Origin: Candidatus Omnitrophota bacterium
Lineage (GTDB): Bacteria; Omnitrophota; Gorgyraeia; Zapsychrales; JBAZNR01
Direction: 5' to 3'
Assembly (NCBI GenBank): GCA_041649175.1
Contig: JBAZNR010000001.1
Coordinates: 450,332-514,331 of the forward strand
DNA length: 64,000 nucleotides
Shown: positions 1 through 8,853 of the stretch, in pieces
Numbering within the stretch: the first letter of the stretch is position 1
How the letters are laid out: each line of letters begins with the position of its first letter
The notes under the pieces: model-generated
What the model saw: only the letters and a program-made list of their open reading frames with translations
Databases searched by the model: none
Told to the model about the DNA's origin: nothing
Translations under genes and position numbers: made by a program

Positions 1-565
1 AGGTGATCGGCAGGATGCTCGCCTTTTGCTGCGCGTCCATGCCTTGGCCGGCTTGCGTATTATCGGCAATGGCCAAAACCAAAACATTTTGAAATAGTGT
101 TACAGAAATTTTTTCCGTTTCTTTTGATTTCTCAGATTCCTTGGGGTTTGGAGTAGATAAATGAGCGATAATATCCACATAATCTCCCGGAGATACTAAT
201 CCTCCGACGGCAGAAAGCTTATCGATATTGACCGTCACCGCTCTTTTTCCCGGAGGAGTTTTAAGGCTAAGGGGCGTTTGCGTCTTGGTTGCCGCGGCCG
301 CGGCGGCTTGCTGAGCTTTAGCGAAGGATTCCTGCTGTTTGGCGGCAAGCATTCTATTTTGCTGCGACAATTCCTCAATCTTCTTGGCGAGAGCATCGAT
401 GTCTTTTTTGGCTGTTCCGGCGCTAGCGACCAAAGCCGCCCGATCTTTTTCTTTTTCAGCTTCCATGTAACTATTAGCCAATACCAAAGAAACAATGCCC
501 ATCACAATAGCAATGCCGACTAAAATAACTTTTTTCTTATCAATTGCTTTTAAGTCAATGGCCAT
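1..565 (-). CDS. cpaB: Flp pilus assembly protein CpaB/RcpC (5' portion; gene runs off the window start)
   Basis: Reverse-strand frame, missing from the ORF track because no stop lies in the window: MAIDLKAIDKKKVILVGIAIVMGIVSLVLANSYMEAEKEKDRAALVAS…GKRAVTVNIDKLSAVGGLVSPGDYVDIIAHLSTPNPK…ISVTLFQNVLVLAIADNTQAGQG. It has an N-terminal TM anchor followed by a SAF-like 'RAVTV…VGG.V.PGD.VDI' module typical of CpaB. The ATG at 563-565 lies 4 nt after the upstream gene's stop codon. Confidence 0.6.
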   Translation of the reverse strand, partial: MAIDLKAIDKKKVILVGIAIVMGIVSLVLANSYMEAEKEKDRAALVASAGTAKKDIDALAKKIEELSQQNRMLAAKQQESFAKAQQAAAAAATKTQTPLSLKTPPGKRAVTVNIDKLSAVGGLVSPGDYVDIIAHLSTPNPKESEKSKETEKISVTLFQNVLVLAIADNTQAGQGMDAQQKASILPIT

Positions 566-569
566 AAGA

Positions 570-1499
570 TTATTTTAAAAGCTCCTCGTTGGTCACAATG
601 GTCGTCTTAGATTTTAGCTCGTCAATGTATTTTAAAATAGCCTGCTGTTGCTCCATTAAAGTCAGGCCATTTTTAATTTCTTCTTTAACGACTGCGAAGC
701 TTTGCGGATTACCGCCTTTTTTCTCTTCTAATTTGACGATGTAATATCCGTCGGGTCCTTTAAAAACACTGCTGATATCGCCCGTATTTAGGATGCTTAC
801 CGCTGTTTGCATTTGAGGAAATTTAAATTCCTTGATAAATCCCAGATCGCCGCCTTGAGCAGCGCTGGCGGCCTTAGAACGCGCCTGTGCCACCGACCCA
901 AAATCCGCTCCGGCTTGATAAAGTTGCGATAAAATTTCCTTGGCCTCTTCTTGAGTGGGAACCATAATTTCTCTTAAGCGCCATTCGCCGGGCTCAGAGA
1001 AAACATCTTTGTTTTGATTATAATATTCTTCCGCTTGCTGGTCGGTAACGGCAATGCTGGACGTGACCCTGGTGGCTACTTCCTGCATCAATAAACTGCG
1101 GCGAAATTCATCTAAAGCGGTTTTAATATCTTTTTCTTGCGCTATGCCGCGGCTTTCCGCGTCCTGAACTAAAAGCTGTTGGCGAACGAGCTCGTCTAAA
1201 ACCAATTTTTTTGATTCGACGGTGCTGGTATCGTAATCAGGAATGACTTCTTTGATGGCTTTAAGTTTTTCATTAAATTCATCTGCGGTGAGCGTCCAAT
1301 TTCCAACTTTCGCAACAACATCCGCGGCTACGGCTGTTTCGCCCGTCGGAGAAGTTGAGCTAGAAGTCGTTTCAGCCGCCGGTTTAGCTTTAGCTTTTAA
1401 AAACGGGACATAATCAGAAAGAAAGGATAATTTGTCACATCCGGAAACGGAAACCAATAATAGAGCCGACAGTATTGCTGTCATGCTTAGGCGTTTCAT
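570..1499 (-). CDS. Peptidyl-prolyl cis-trans isomerase, SurA/PrsA-like lipoprotein (parvulin type)
   Basis: 309 aa. The signal peptide ends in the lipobox LVSVSGC. A SurA-N-like region is followed by a parvulin/PpiC core (…GGDLGFIKEFKFPQ…). A strong SD (ACGAGGAGG) precedes the ATG. Confidence 0.8.
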   Translation of the reverse strand: MKRLSMTAILSALLLVSVSGCDKLSFLSDYVPFLKAKAKPAAETTSSSTSPTGETAVAADVVAKVGNWTLTADEFNEKLKAIKEVIPDYDTSTVESKKLVLDELVRQQLLVQDAESRGIAQEKDIKTALDEFRRSLLMQEVATRVTSSIAVTDQQAEEYYNQNKDVFSEPGEWRLREIMVPTQEEAKEILSQLYQAGADFGSVAQARSKAASAAQGGDLGFIKEFKFPQMQTAVSILNTGDISSVFKGPDGYYIVKLEEKKGGNPQSFAVVKEEIKNGLTLMEQQQAILKYIDELKSKTTIVTNEELLK

Positions 1500-1551
1500 A
1501 ACAATAAACCTCCTCGTTTTTCTAAAGGGAACAAATAATTTAATTTATTTT

Positions 1552-1580
1552 ATTATAAGGAGTAAGGGAAAGAGAAACAA
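1552..1580 (-). promoter_or_regulatory. Candidate sigma70-type promoter (TTGTTT-17-TATAAT on minus strand) upstream of the PPIase/cpaB pair
   Basis: The minus-strand sequence reads cTTGTTTctctttcccttactccTTATAATaaaat, about 55 nt upstream of the PPIase ATG. Confidence 0.3.
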
Positions 1581-1647
1581 GAGTTTTTATAGAAATATTT
1601 TTCCTAAAAAGTTCTTTCTCAAAGTAACAGCCGTTGAAACCTGCGCA

Positions 1648-2622
1648 TTACGGAGCACAGTTGCAACCGGCCGGAACGGGAGAGCCTTCGTCCGGCGGAG
1701 GACATTGCATTGGGCCGCAATTATCACACCAAGTAGTGCCGGCACCATGACAAAAATTCTGTCGATGACATTCATAACGCGCATTGCAGCATTGGGGAGC
1801 AGGCGCAGACCCTTGCCATTTATGCATAATAGCCCTACAACATTCATTATAGGCGTAGCAACACCCGTTGCCGTCGCTGCAGTCTGTTGATAGGCCGCGA
1901 CAAAATGCTTCCGTTTGAGCGGGGCATCGAACGTCACAATCATTATCTCCGCAATGTCCGGAACAATACTCCACACAACAGTCATTAGGCGTATTAATGA
2001 TCGTTTCATAGCAAGGAGCATCGTTATTACAAACGCCATTATTACGCAATCTCGCACAGCAATCGGGAGGACAAGTATACTCATCTTCATTGGGCCCGCA
2101 GAAATTATTTCCGCAGGTGTCGATCCAGGGACAATCCGCATAACAGCCTACATCTCCGTCAATAGGCGTTCCTCCGGAATTGCTGGGGCCATTTTCCGTG
2201 CAGCAACTTCCATCACCGCATGCGGGACTTCCGTGACAATCTAGACAACAATTCGTGTTAGTTTCTTCTCCATTACACACATTATCTCCACAGTACGAAC
2301 AATCGATCGGAGATATAGCGGCTGTTTCTCCGCCAATGGTGCAACATACTCCGTCACCATCAACCATGGGAAAATCTTGGCAGCAATAGGTTAATGTTTC
2401 GCCGGGATCGACAGCTCCGTTTCCACAATCGGGAGGAACAGGATATTCTGTGGCGGGCAAAAGAGGATCTTTCATAGAATCGCTGGCGGAGTCTTGCCAA
2501 CTTTTAAAATGAGCGTTGATGCCGCGAATCGTGGACGGACCCATGAGGATAATGCCGGCTAGCACCAATACAACAACGACGGAGAATTCAATGATAGATT
2601 GGGATTTTTTGGAAGAAATCAT
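1648..2622 (-). CDS. Cysteine-rich secreted/membrane-anchored protein with type-IV/Flp-pilin-like N-terminus (paralog A)
   Basis: ORF-track frame 1648..2721. The likely start is the internal ATG at 2620-2622 (MISSKKSQSIIEFSVVVVLVLAGIIL…), which matches the start of paralog B and removes a 74-nt overlap with it. About 60 Cys occur in 324 aa. The 'CGNGAVDPGETLTYCCQDFPMVDGDGVCC' motif resembles the CGNGxVExGE…DGDG Cys-rich repeat family. Confidence 0.75.
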   Translation of the reverse strand: MISSKKSQSIIEFSVVVVLVLAGIILMGPSTIRGINAHFKSWQDSASDSMKDPLLPATEYPVPPDCGNGAVDPGETLTYCCQDFPMVDGDGVCCTIGGETAAISPIDCSYCGDNVCNGEETNTNCCLDCHGSPACGDGSCCTENGPSNSGGTPIDGDVGCYADCPWIDTCGNNFCGPNEDEYTCPPDCCARLRNNGVCNNDAPCYETIINTPNDCCVEYCSGHCGDNDCDVRCPAQTEAFCRGLSTDCSDGNGCCYAYNECCRAIMHKWQGSAPAPQCCNARYECHRQNFCHGAGTTWCDNCGPMQCPPPDEGSPVPAGCNCAP

Positions 2623-2647
2623 TGGTTTTATTTCTTTTCCTATTTTA

Positions 2648-3715
2648 TCAACAAGAATTGCAATGATGCGGCGGACTACTTGTATTACATGCATTCGGTA
2701 CTCCGCAGGGGGCATCATCACAGCGACCAGGATTTCTCACTGAGACACAACTGCAGTATGTCCCTCCGGAAGACATTTGTTTCTGGCAACAATGACTCCC
2801 ATTGCGCCAATCAACCAGGGAACAACAAGTGCCTGAAGTAAGATTTTGTAAACAAGTTCCACAAAGCCCAGGCTCACCACATGGATCGCAATCTGCGTAA
2901 CAACGGTACGTATTAGGCACGCGATAATTGTCAGGGGATTCACAATCTTCATTGCAAATATGATCACCGCATTGAACCTCGCCGCCATAATCACAACAAT
3001 CTGTGGGGCAGTTTTGAATAGTTTCACCAATTTCGACATCACAGCGTCCACTACCACAATACATGCAGTCTTCTGGGCAATTCATCCAACTTTCACCGCA
3101 AGCAGGCCTTCCCATATAACCGTCGGCGCAAATACCATCCGGCGGAGAACACATAGGACACGGAGCCGGGCAATCATTAGTTGAATGCAAGTCTCGTCCA
3201 ACACCAACACAAGGATCACCGGCAGGACGAGCCAAACAATCAGCCCGAGATATAACACCATTAGCCGTACAGCAAAAGTTATCGTTGGGAGAAGAACAAT
3301 CGCCACAACAATATCCTGACAAATTGCTCGTCGTCCACGTTTCAGGATTAGAAGGATGGTCGGCATTGCAGGTAAGATCACCACAATAAGCACAATCGTT
3401 GGGCGATGTAACGGCCGTTTCTCCGCCAACCGTACAACATACTCCGTCACCATCAGTCATGGGAAAATCTTGACAACAATAGGTTAAGGTTTCACCGGGA
3501 TCAACGGCTCCGTTACCACAATTAGGAGGCGCGGGGTATTCAACGGCAGGCAAAAGAGGATCTTTCATAGAATCATGCCCGGAGTCTTGCCAACTTTTAA
3601 AATGAGCGTTGATGCCGCGAATGGTGGACGGGCCCATCAGAATAATACCGGCTAGAACCAGCACGATGACGACAGAGAATTCAATAATAGATTGGGATTT
3701 TTGGGAAGAGATCAT
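2648..3715 (-). CDS. Cysteine-rich secreted/membrane-anchored protein with type-IV/Flp-pilin-like N-terminus (paralog B)
   Basis: 355 aa with an ATG start. The N-terminal ~115 aa are almost identical to paralog A (MISSQKSQSIIEFSVVIVLVLAGIILMGPSTIRGINAHFKSWQDS…CGNGAVDPGETLTYCCQDFPM). The C-terminal ~240 aa are divergent but equally Cys-rich, and contain no CXXCH. Confidence 0.8.
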   Translation of the reverse strand: MISSQKSQSIIEFSVVIVLVLAGIILMGPSTIRGINAHFKSWQDSGHDSMKDPLLPAVEYPAPPNCGNGAVDPGETLTYCCQDFPMTDGDGVCCTVGGETAVTSPNDCAYCGDLTCNADHPSNPETWTTSNLSGYCCGDCSSPNDNFCCTANGVISRADCLARPAGDPCVGVGRDLHSTNDCPAPCPMCSPPDGICADGYMGRPACGESWMNCPEDCMYCGSGRCDVEIGETIQNCPTDCCDYGGEVQCGDHICNEDCESPDNYRVPNTYRCYADCDPCGEPGLCGTCLQNLTSGTCCSLVDWRNGSHCCQKQMSSGGTYCSCVSVRNPGRCDDAPCGVPNACNTSSPPHHCNSC

Positions 3716-3814
3716 CGGTTTGTTTTAAGTTTAAACGAAAAAGGCAGGAAGGGCAATAGTTAAGATGTTCTTTTTGACTTTGAAAAGAAAGCCCTTGCCT
3801 GATATGAAAAAACT

Positions 3815-4978
3815 TTAAGGGATCACTAGATTAAACCGTACCGAAAAACGAAATTCGCTTCCCTTACCTTGTTCGGAATGAAGCGAAATAAGCCCGCCCA
3901 TCTTTTCCACCAAAACCTTGCAAAGCCAAAGCCCTAACCCGGAAGATTCTTTGCGGGCCTGCGAGCCGACAACAGAATGAGGCAATGCACCTGCTTCACG
4001 GGGCAAAACATGTTCCATGGAACGCGGTTTAAAAATATCCATCTGTTTTTCTTTTGGAATTCCTTCCCCGGAATCTTGGACTACAAAAAAGATATGACAT
4101 CCGCGTCCTAAAACGGTCATCAAACGTGCTTTAAGACGAATTTCTCCTTCTTGGGTGTAGTGGATCGCGTTCGATAAAAGATTCATCAAGATCTGTTTTA
4201 AGCGATATTGGTCTCCTTTAAGATATCGTGGGATCTCTTTGTCAATTTCGTAGAAAAATTCGACCGGTTTTCCTTTAATGGCCGGATAAACATTCTTAGC
4301 AACTTCCTCCAGAACGTGCGTCAGTTCAAAATCCTCTTCCTTTAATTCCAATTTTCCCGTTTCGATCTTGGCGATATCAACGATATTATTAGCAAGATTG
4401 TGAAGAAAAAGACTTTTTGTTTTTAAGGCAGAGAGCGCTTCAACTTGTTTTTCACTGATGGGCATTTTAATAAGAAAATTAATATCCTTGATCATATCAA
4501 TCATGGCCTCATCAATATCGCGGCTGATCTGCATCAAGAAAATTGCCTTTTCTTGATGGGCATGTTCTAGGGCTTCCTTAATGCGCCGGACACTGTTGAC
4601 TTCCTCCTGTTGGTTTTTTCGCTCCAAGCCGCGGCGTATCGTTTCAATGAGGTCGGTTTTTTTGACCGGCTTGATCAAATAATCGAACGCCCCGACTTTG
4701 AAACTCCTGATGGCCGATTCTGTCGTCGGATAAGCGGTGATCATCACCACTAAAGTTTCCGAGTTTATCTCTTTGATCTTAGAGATCAATTCCAGGCCGG
4801 TCGTTTCTTTAAGGACAATATCGGTTAACACAAGCTGGTATTGTTTTTGTTTGAGAATGGTCAGCGCTTCGCGCTCATTTTCCGCCGTATCGACCGAGAA
4901 ATCTTCTTTGCTTAAGATCTCTTTAAAACCGTCCAGAATAGATGTGTCGTCATCAACAATGAGAACGCTTGATCTCAT
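3815..4978 (-). CDS. Hybrid response-regulator/histidine kinase (REC-HisKA-HATPase_c)
   Basis: N-terminal receiver (LIVDDDTSILDGF…LVLTDIVLKE), an H-box (LFLHNLANNIVDIAKIE), and C-terminal ATPase G-boxes (DSGEGIP…GLGLWLC). SD AAGAGGTGG precedes the ATG. Confidence 0.85.
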   Translation of the reverse strand: MRSSVLIVDDDTSILDGFKEILSKEDFSVDTAENEREALTILKQKQYQLVLTDIVLKETTGLELISKIKEINSETLVVMITAYPTTESAIRSFKVGAFDYLIKPVKKTDLIETIRRGLERKNQQEEVNSVRRIKEALEHAHQEKAIFLMQISRDIDEAMIDMIKDINFLIKMPISEKQVEALSALKTKSLFLHNLANNIVDIAKIETGKLELKEEDFELTHVLEEVAKNVYPAIKGKPVEFFYEIDKEIPRYLKGDQYRLKQILMNLLSNAIHYTQEGEIRLKARLMTVLGRGCHIFFVVQDSGEGIPKEKQMDIFKPRSMEHVLPREAGALPHSVVGSQARKESSGLGLWLCKVLVEKMGGLISLHSEQGKGSEFRFSVRFNLVIP

Positions 4979-5075
4979 GGCCCACCTCTTTCATTTTCTT
5001 TGCATTGAATATATTCCCTTTAGGGCTGGGCGCTCATTTTGTCATTTGACAAAATGAGCGCCACAAAAATAAATT

Positions 5076-8000
5076 TTATGTGATCGGTAATGTTATCGTA
5101 AAAATACTCCCTTTTCCCACTTCGCTTTTCACTTTTATCTCGCCTTTATGTTCTTTAATAATTCCTTGGCAGACAAAAAGCCCTAGCCCTGTCCCTGATT
5201 CCGCCTTGGTTGTAAAAAAAGCATCGAAAATATGAACAAGGTCTTTTTCCTGTATCCCTTCGCCGGTATCTTTGATCTGGACGATCACATGATGTTCATC
5301 ATGCGTTGTTGTAATGGTTACCTCACCTTTTTGTTTTTTGATGCTGTCATGGGCGTTGAGCACCATATTTAAAAACACCTGATGCAGCTGTTGCTGCCAT
5401 CCCATAACTTTAGGAAGATTTGGATCAAGATTAAGCGTTAATTTAATACCCTTACGGGACAGCTGATGTTCCACCAGCATCACCACTTTATCGATCACAT
5501 CATGCAGATCCATTTTTCCTTTGGCTTCTTCTTCTCCGCGATAGATATCGAGAAGCTTTGAAACGATATTGCGGATCTTTTCAATATTATTTTTTACAAA
5601 TTCGTAATTTTTGACCTTTTCAAACCCTTTGGGAAAATTGTCGTGGATGATCTCTAAATGAGTTGTGATCCCCTGTAGGGGATTATTGATCTCATGGGCG
5701 ATGCTGGCGGCGAGCCGCCCTGTGGCGGCGAGCCGCTCGGATTGCCGTAAGCCGCGGGTACGTTCTTCTACTAATTCCTCCAAATGTTTACGGTACTTCT
5801 CAAGCTCTTCCTGAACTTTCTTACGTTCATCAATGTCGCGGACAACAGCTAAGATACGGTCTTCATCACCAATACGGGCGCGTTTTAAATTCACTTCCAC
5901 CCAAAACGATTTTCCTTGCTTATTTTTGCTGAACCATTCAAACAATTGCGGTTGGCCTTGCGCGGCTTTTTGGATCAGCTCTAAAGCACGCTTTTGATTT
6001 TGAGAAGACCTATCGGAGCTGATGTCAATAACCTCTATGGATCTCATCTCTTCTGATGTATACCCATACATCTCGCACGTCTTTTGATTGACATCAAGAA
6101 TTTTCCCTGTCTTTACATCATGAATAAAGATCGCGTCATTGGCAGAATTAAAAATAGACCGGTAATTGATCTCAGATCTGGCAATAGCCTCTTGGATCTT
6201 TTTAAGGACCGTAATATCCGTTGAAACGCCTAAAATAGCCGGCGTATTGGTCCCCGGAATATGAAAAGGGATCTTGGTCGTTTGCAAAATACGCTGTTCA
6301 CCTTGGGCGCTGGTAATGACTTCTTCGGGAATAAATTTTCTTTTTCCACTTTTGATAACATCCAGATCATCTTTTCTAAAATGCTCCACTTCCTCTTTAC
6401 TTTTGGCAAAATCGGCGTCGGTTTTTCCGACGATCTCCTCCACCGTTGTCCCATAAACTTCGGCTACGGCCTGATTAACTAAAATGAACCGCCCATCAAT
6501 ATCTTTGGCAAAAACAAAATTCGGCGTTAGATCGATCACTTGGCGAAGTTTCGCTTCATTTTCTTTGACAATATTCTCGGCTAATTTACGCTCGGTAATA
6601 TCCTGAATCATGGTTTGAAAACCGATCATCTTTCCGGCTTTGATAAGGGGAGTATTGCTGATATTGGCATAGAACTCTTTTTTGGATCCCGTAACACATC
6701 TAACCTCGTGATAACGCGCTTGGACTTTCTCTGACCTTACCGCTTCCTGAAATATTTTTAGGATGCGTTCTTTTTCATCCGGATGAAGAAACATAAGAAA
6801 TGATTGGTTGATAATATCTCTTCTATCTCTTTCGAACATCTCCAAAAAAGATCTATTCGCAAAAAGGACCCGGCCGTCCATCGCCACATGTAAAACACCC
6901 GCCGATATACTTTCAAAAAGCAATTTGTACTGTGCTTCGTTCTCTTTGAGCTTTTCTTCCGCTTCTTTTTTCTCGGTCACATCTCGCCAGCTAGCGACAA
7001 TGCCATGTGTTTTCCCGTCTTTCTGTTTAATGACCCTTCCATTGGCTTCCATCCACAAATAATGCCCTTGGGCATGTCGGCAACGAAAAATGGCCCAACC
7101 GCTTTCCGAGGCCAGCGCTTTCTTAAATTCATTTTTTAATCTCGACAGATCCTCGGGATGAACAAAATCAAAAGCATTCGTTCCTACCATTTCTTTGGAA
7201 CGATAACCTAAGATACTTTCGATGGAGGGGCTGTGATAAAGGATGTTTCCTTCCAGGTCAAGCTCGGTAATAAGCTCCACCATGTTATCCGTGATCCGGC
7301 GCAGTCTCTCCTCGGAATTTCGCAAGTCTTCTTGGGCGCTATGTCGTTTCTCCTCGACGCCGATCGCCGAAGCCAAAATACCGATAGTTTTAATATCAAG
7401 TTCTGTCGGCTCAAGATCTTTTTGATAAACAGCGCACAAAGACCCGACACAGGTATTTGAAAATTTAACTGTTTTCCCTAAATATGTTTTTAATTGGTAC
7501 TTTTGGACATTAGGATCGCTTTGAGCATACCGGCTGTTTAAAAGATCGCGGATGATCATAACCTCGTCTTGTCCGCCTTTAATAACATCACAACAAATAT
7601 GTCCCCGGGAATCATCTTTGATCTTGTAACCATCCGGAACATTCCAACGGCCTAAAGAGTGCAGTTTTCCATCTTCCATGCGATTATAAATAACACAGGT
7701 GGCTCCCAAAAGTTCTCCGCACACAGCCGCGATCTTATTAATATTTTCTACCGGATCATCACTGAAGTTTAAGAAACATTCATTGATCTTTTTTAACCTT
7801 TCCTCGGGATTTTTCCGGTCAGAGATATCGCGGACGATACAAATAAGCCCTCCGTCTTCCAGGGCCGTTAAAGAAATTTCCTGAGGAAAAAGTTCTCCAT
7901 TTTTCCTTTTGCCGACAGATTCACCGCGCCATTTTTTCTCTCTAAAAAGAATGGGCATGATCTCGCTTTCAATATGCTTTAGCTCTTTGGGGCCATAAAG

Positions 8001-8270
8001 AACTCTCCACGATTTTCCGACGAGTTCTTTAGGGTCGTTATAGCCATAAATTTTGGCATGGGCATTGTTCATACAGGAATATTTTTCCTTGTTGTCCAAA
8101 ATAGCAATGCCGTCCATCGAGGCATGCATAGCGCGCATGTGATGACGGACAAGTTCGGGATTTATGTCTTGTTCCAGATCGGTCAAAGAGCGGCTGCAGT
8201 CTTCTTTTAAAACGATCGGAGAAGACCCGCGAGAGTTACTCAAGAAACGTTTTATAAAATCGATCATCAT
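5076..8270 (-). CDS. Multi-PAS/PAC (+GAF-like) sensor histidine kinase
   Basis: About 1064 aa. It has several PAS/PAC repeats, an H-box (AHEINNPLQGI), and an HATPase_c domain (DTGEGI…GTGLGL). The ORF-track start at 8273 is TTG; the first ATG is at 8268-8270, 4 nt after the upstream gene's stop. Confidence 0.85.
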   Translation of the reverse strand: MMIDFIKRFLSNSRGSSPIVLKEDCSRSLTDLEQDINPELVRHHMRAMHASMDGIAILDNKEKYSCMNNAHAKIYGYNDPKELVGKSWRVLYGPKELKHIESEIMPILFREKKWRGESVGKRKNGELFPQEISLTALEDGGLICIVRDISDRKNPEERLKKINECFLNFSDDPVENINKIAAVCGELLGATCVIYNRMEDGKLHSLGRWNVPDGYKIKDDSRGHICCDVIKGGQDEVMIIRDLLNSRYAQSDPNVQKYQLKTYLGKTVKFSNTCVGSLCAVYQKDLEPTELDIKTIGILASAIGVEEKRHSAQEDLRNSEERLRRITDNMVELITELDLEGNILYHSPSIESILGYRSKEMVGTNAFDFVHPEDLSRLKNEFKKALASESGWAIFRCRHAQGHYLWMEANGRVIKQKDGKTHGIVASWRDVTEKKEAEEKLKENEAQYKLLFESISAGVLHVAMDGRVLFANRSFLEMFERDRRDIINQSFLMFLHPDEKERILKIFQEAVRSEKVQARYHEVRCVTGSKKEFYANISNTPLIKAGKMIGFQTMIQDITERKLAENIVKENEAKLRQVIDLTPNFVFAKDIDGRFILVNQAVAEVYGTTVEEIVGKTDADFAKSKEEVEHFRKDDLDVIKSGKRKFIPEEVITSAQGEQRILQTTKIPFHIPGTNTPAILGVSTDITVLKKIQEAIARSEINYRSIFNSANDAIFIHDVKTGKILDVNQKTCEMYGYTSEEMRSIEVIDISSDRSSQNQKRALELIQKAAQGQPQLFEWFSKNKQGKSFWVEVNLKRARIGDEDRILAVVRDIDERKKVQEELEKYRKHLEELVEERTRGLRQSERLAATGRLAASIAHEINNPLQGITTHLEIIHDNFPKGFEKVKNYEFVKNNIEKIRNIVSKLLDIYRGEEEAKGKMDLHDVIDKVVMLVEHQLSRKGIKLTLNLDPNLPKVMGWQQQLHQVFLNMVLNAHDSIKKQKGEVTITTTHDEHHVIVQIKDTGEGIQEKDLVHIFDAFFTTKAESGTGLGLFVCQGIIKEHKGEIKVKSEVGKGSIFTITLPIT

Positions 8271-8274
8271 CAAT

Positions 8275-8853
8275 TTACGCTTTGTTTTTTAATTCCAATA
8301 ATAGGCTTATTTCGTTAAGCAGAATCTTCGTTTGAACCGGTTTTGCCAGACAACGGTCGGCGCCCATTTTCAATATTTTTGCGATATTGGGCTTGGTCGG
8401 ATATCCCGTTAAAATAAGGATCTTTATTTTCTTAAGAAGCGGATTGGATTTGATCAAACGGCAAGCGTTAAACCCGTCTAAGCCGGGCATTTTAATATCC
8501 AAAATGATCAACCCCGGCTCATACTGAATGGCTGAAACGCCGGCTTCAAATCCTTCCGATGCCGCATACGTTTTAAAACCTTCTTTTTGAAGGATCTCTT
8601 TTAAGCCTTCGCGGATGGATTGATCATCGTCCACAATGAGAATAGCCGGTTTCTTTTTTTGCTCAGAGACCATTTTATGGCGCGCCATAAAACGCTCGAG
8701 TTCTTCGCGGGGGATGCGCCGATGTCCGCCTAAAGTCTTAACGGCTTTAAGTTTTCCTGATTCGATCCAATCAATAACGGTGGAGTGGCTGACAAAAAGG
8801 CGGCTTCCGGCTTCATAGGTGGTATAGAATTCCTTTGGCGGGAGATGATTCAT
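8275..8853 (-). CDS. Response regulator with N-terminal excisionase/MerR-type HTH and C-terminal receiver domain
   Basis: The HTH reads 'EFYTTYEAGSRLFVSHSTVIDWIESGKLKAVKTLGGHRRIPREELERF'. The REC domain reads ILIVDDDQSIREGL…ILDIKMPGLDG. The maximal ORF extends to 8934 with a TTG start; the ATG at 8851-8853 (MNHLPPKEFY) was preferred. The start is uncertain. Confidence 0.65.
   Translation of the reverse strand: MNHLPPKEFYTTYEAGSRLFVSHSTVIDWIESGKLKAVKTLGGHRRIPREELERFMARHKMVSEQKKKPAILIVDDDQSIREGLKEILQKEGFKTYAASEGFEAGVSAIQYEPGLIILDIKMPGLDGFNACRLIKSNPLLKKIKILILTGYPTKPNIAKILKMGADRCLAKPVQTKILLNEISLLLELKNKA

Noticed and set aside
235-523. ORF-track entries 235..495(-) and 278..523(+)
   Set aside because: Both are out-of-frame shadows of the partial cpaB gene (complement 1..565). 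Their translations are low-complexity (Pro/Arg or Gly/Phe-rich) and lack the TM+SAF features seen in the third frame.
2200-2230. Single CXXCH (CLDCH) inside Cys-rich paralog A, considered as a possible haem site
   Set aside because: With ~17% cysteine, one chance CXXCH is expected. Paralog B has none, and no other cytochrome features (His ligands spaced regularly) are present.
1432-2244. ORFs 1432..1890(+), 1587..2141(-), 1915..2244(+) and similar alternate-frame ORFs at 2516..3453
   Set aside because: They lie antisense to, or frame-shifted within, the two cysteine-rich pilin-like genes. No domains or SDs are present, and they show compositional bias typical of a shadow of a Cys-codon-rich gene.
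6230-7884. Several 60-84-aa ORFs on both strands inside the PAS sensor kinase gene
   Set aside because: They are fully embedded in a 1064-aa gene with strong domain content, and have no independent support.
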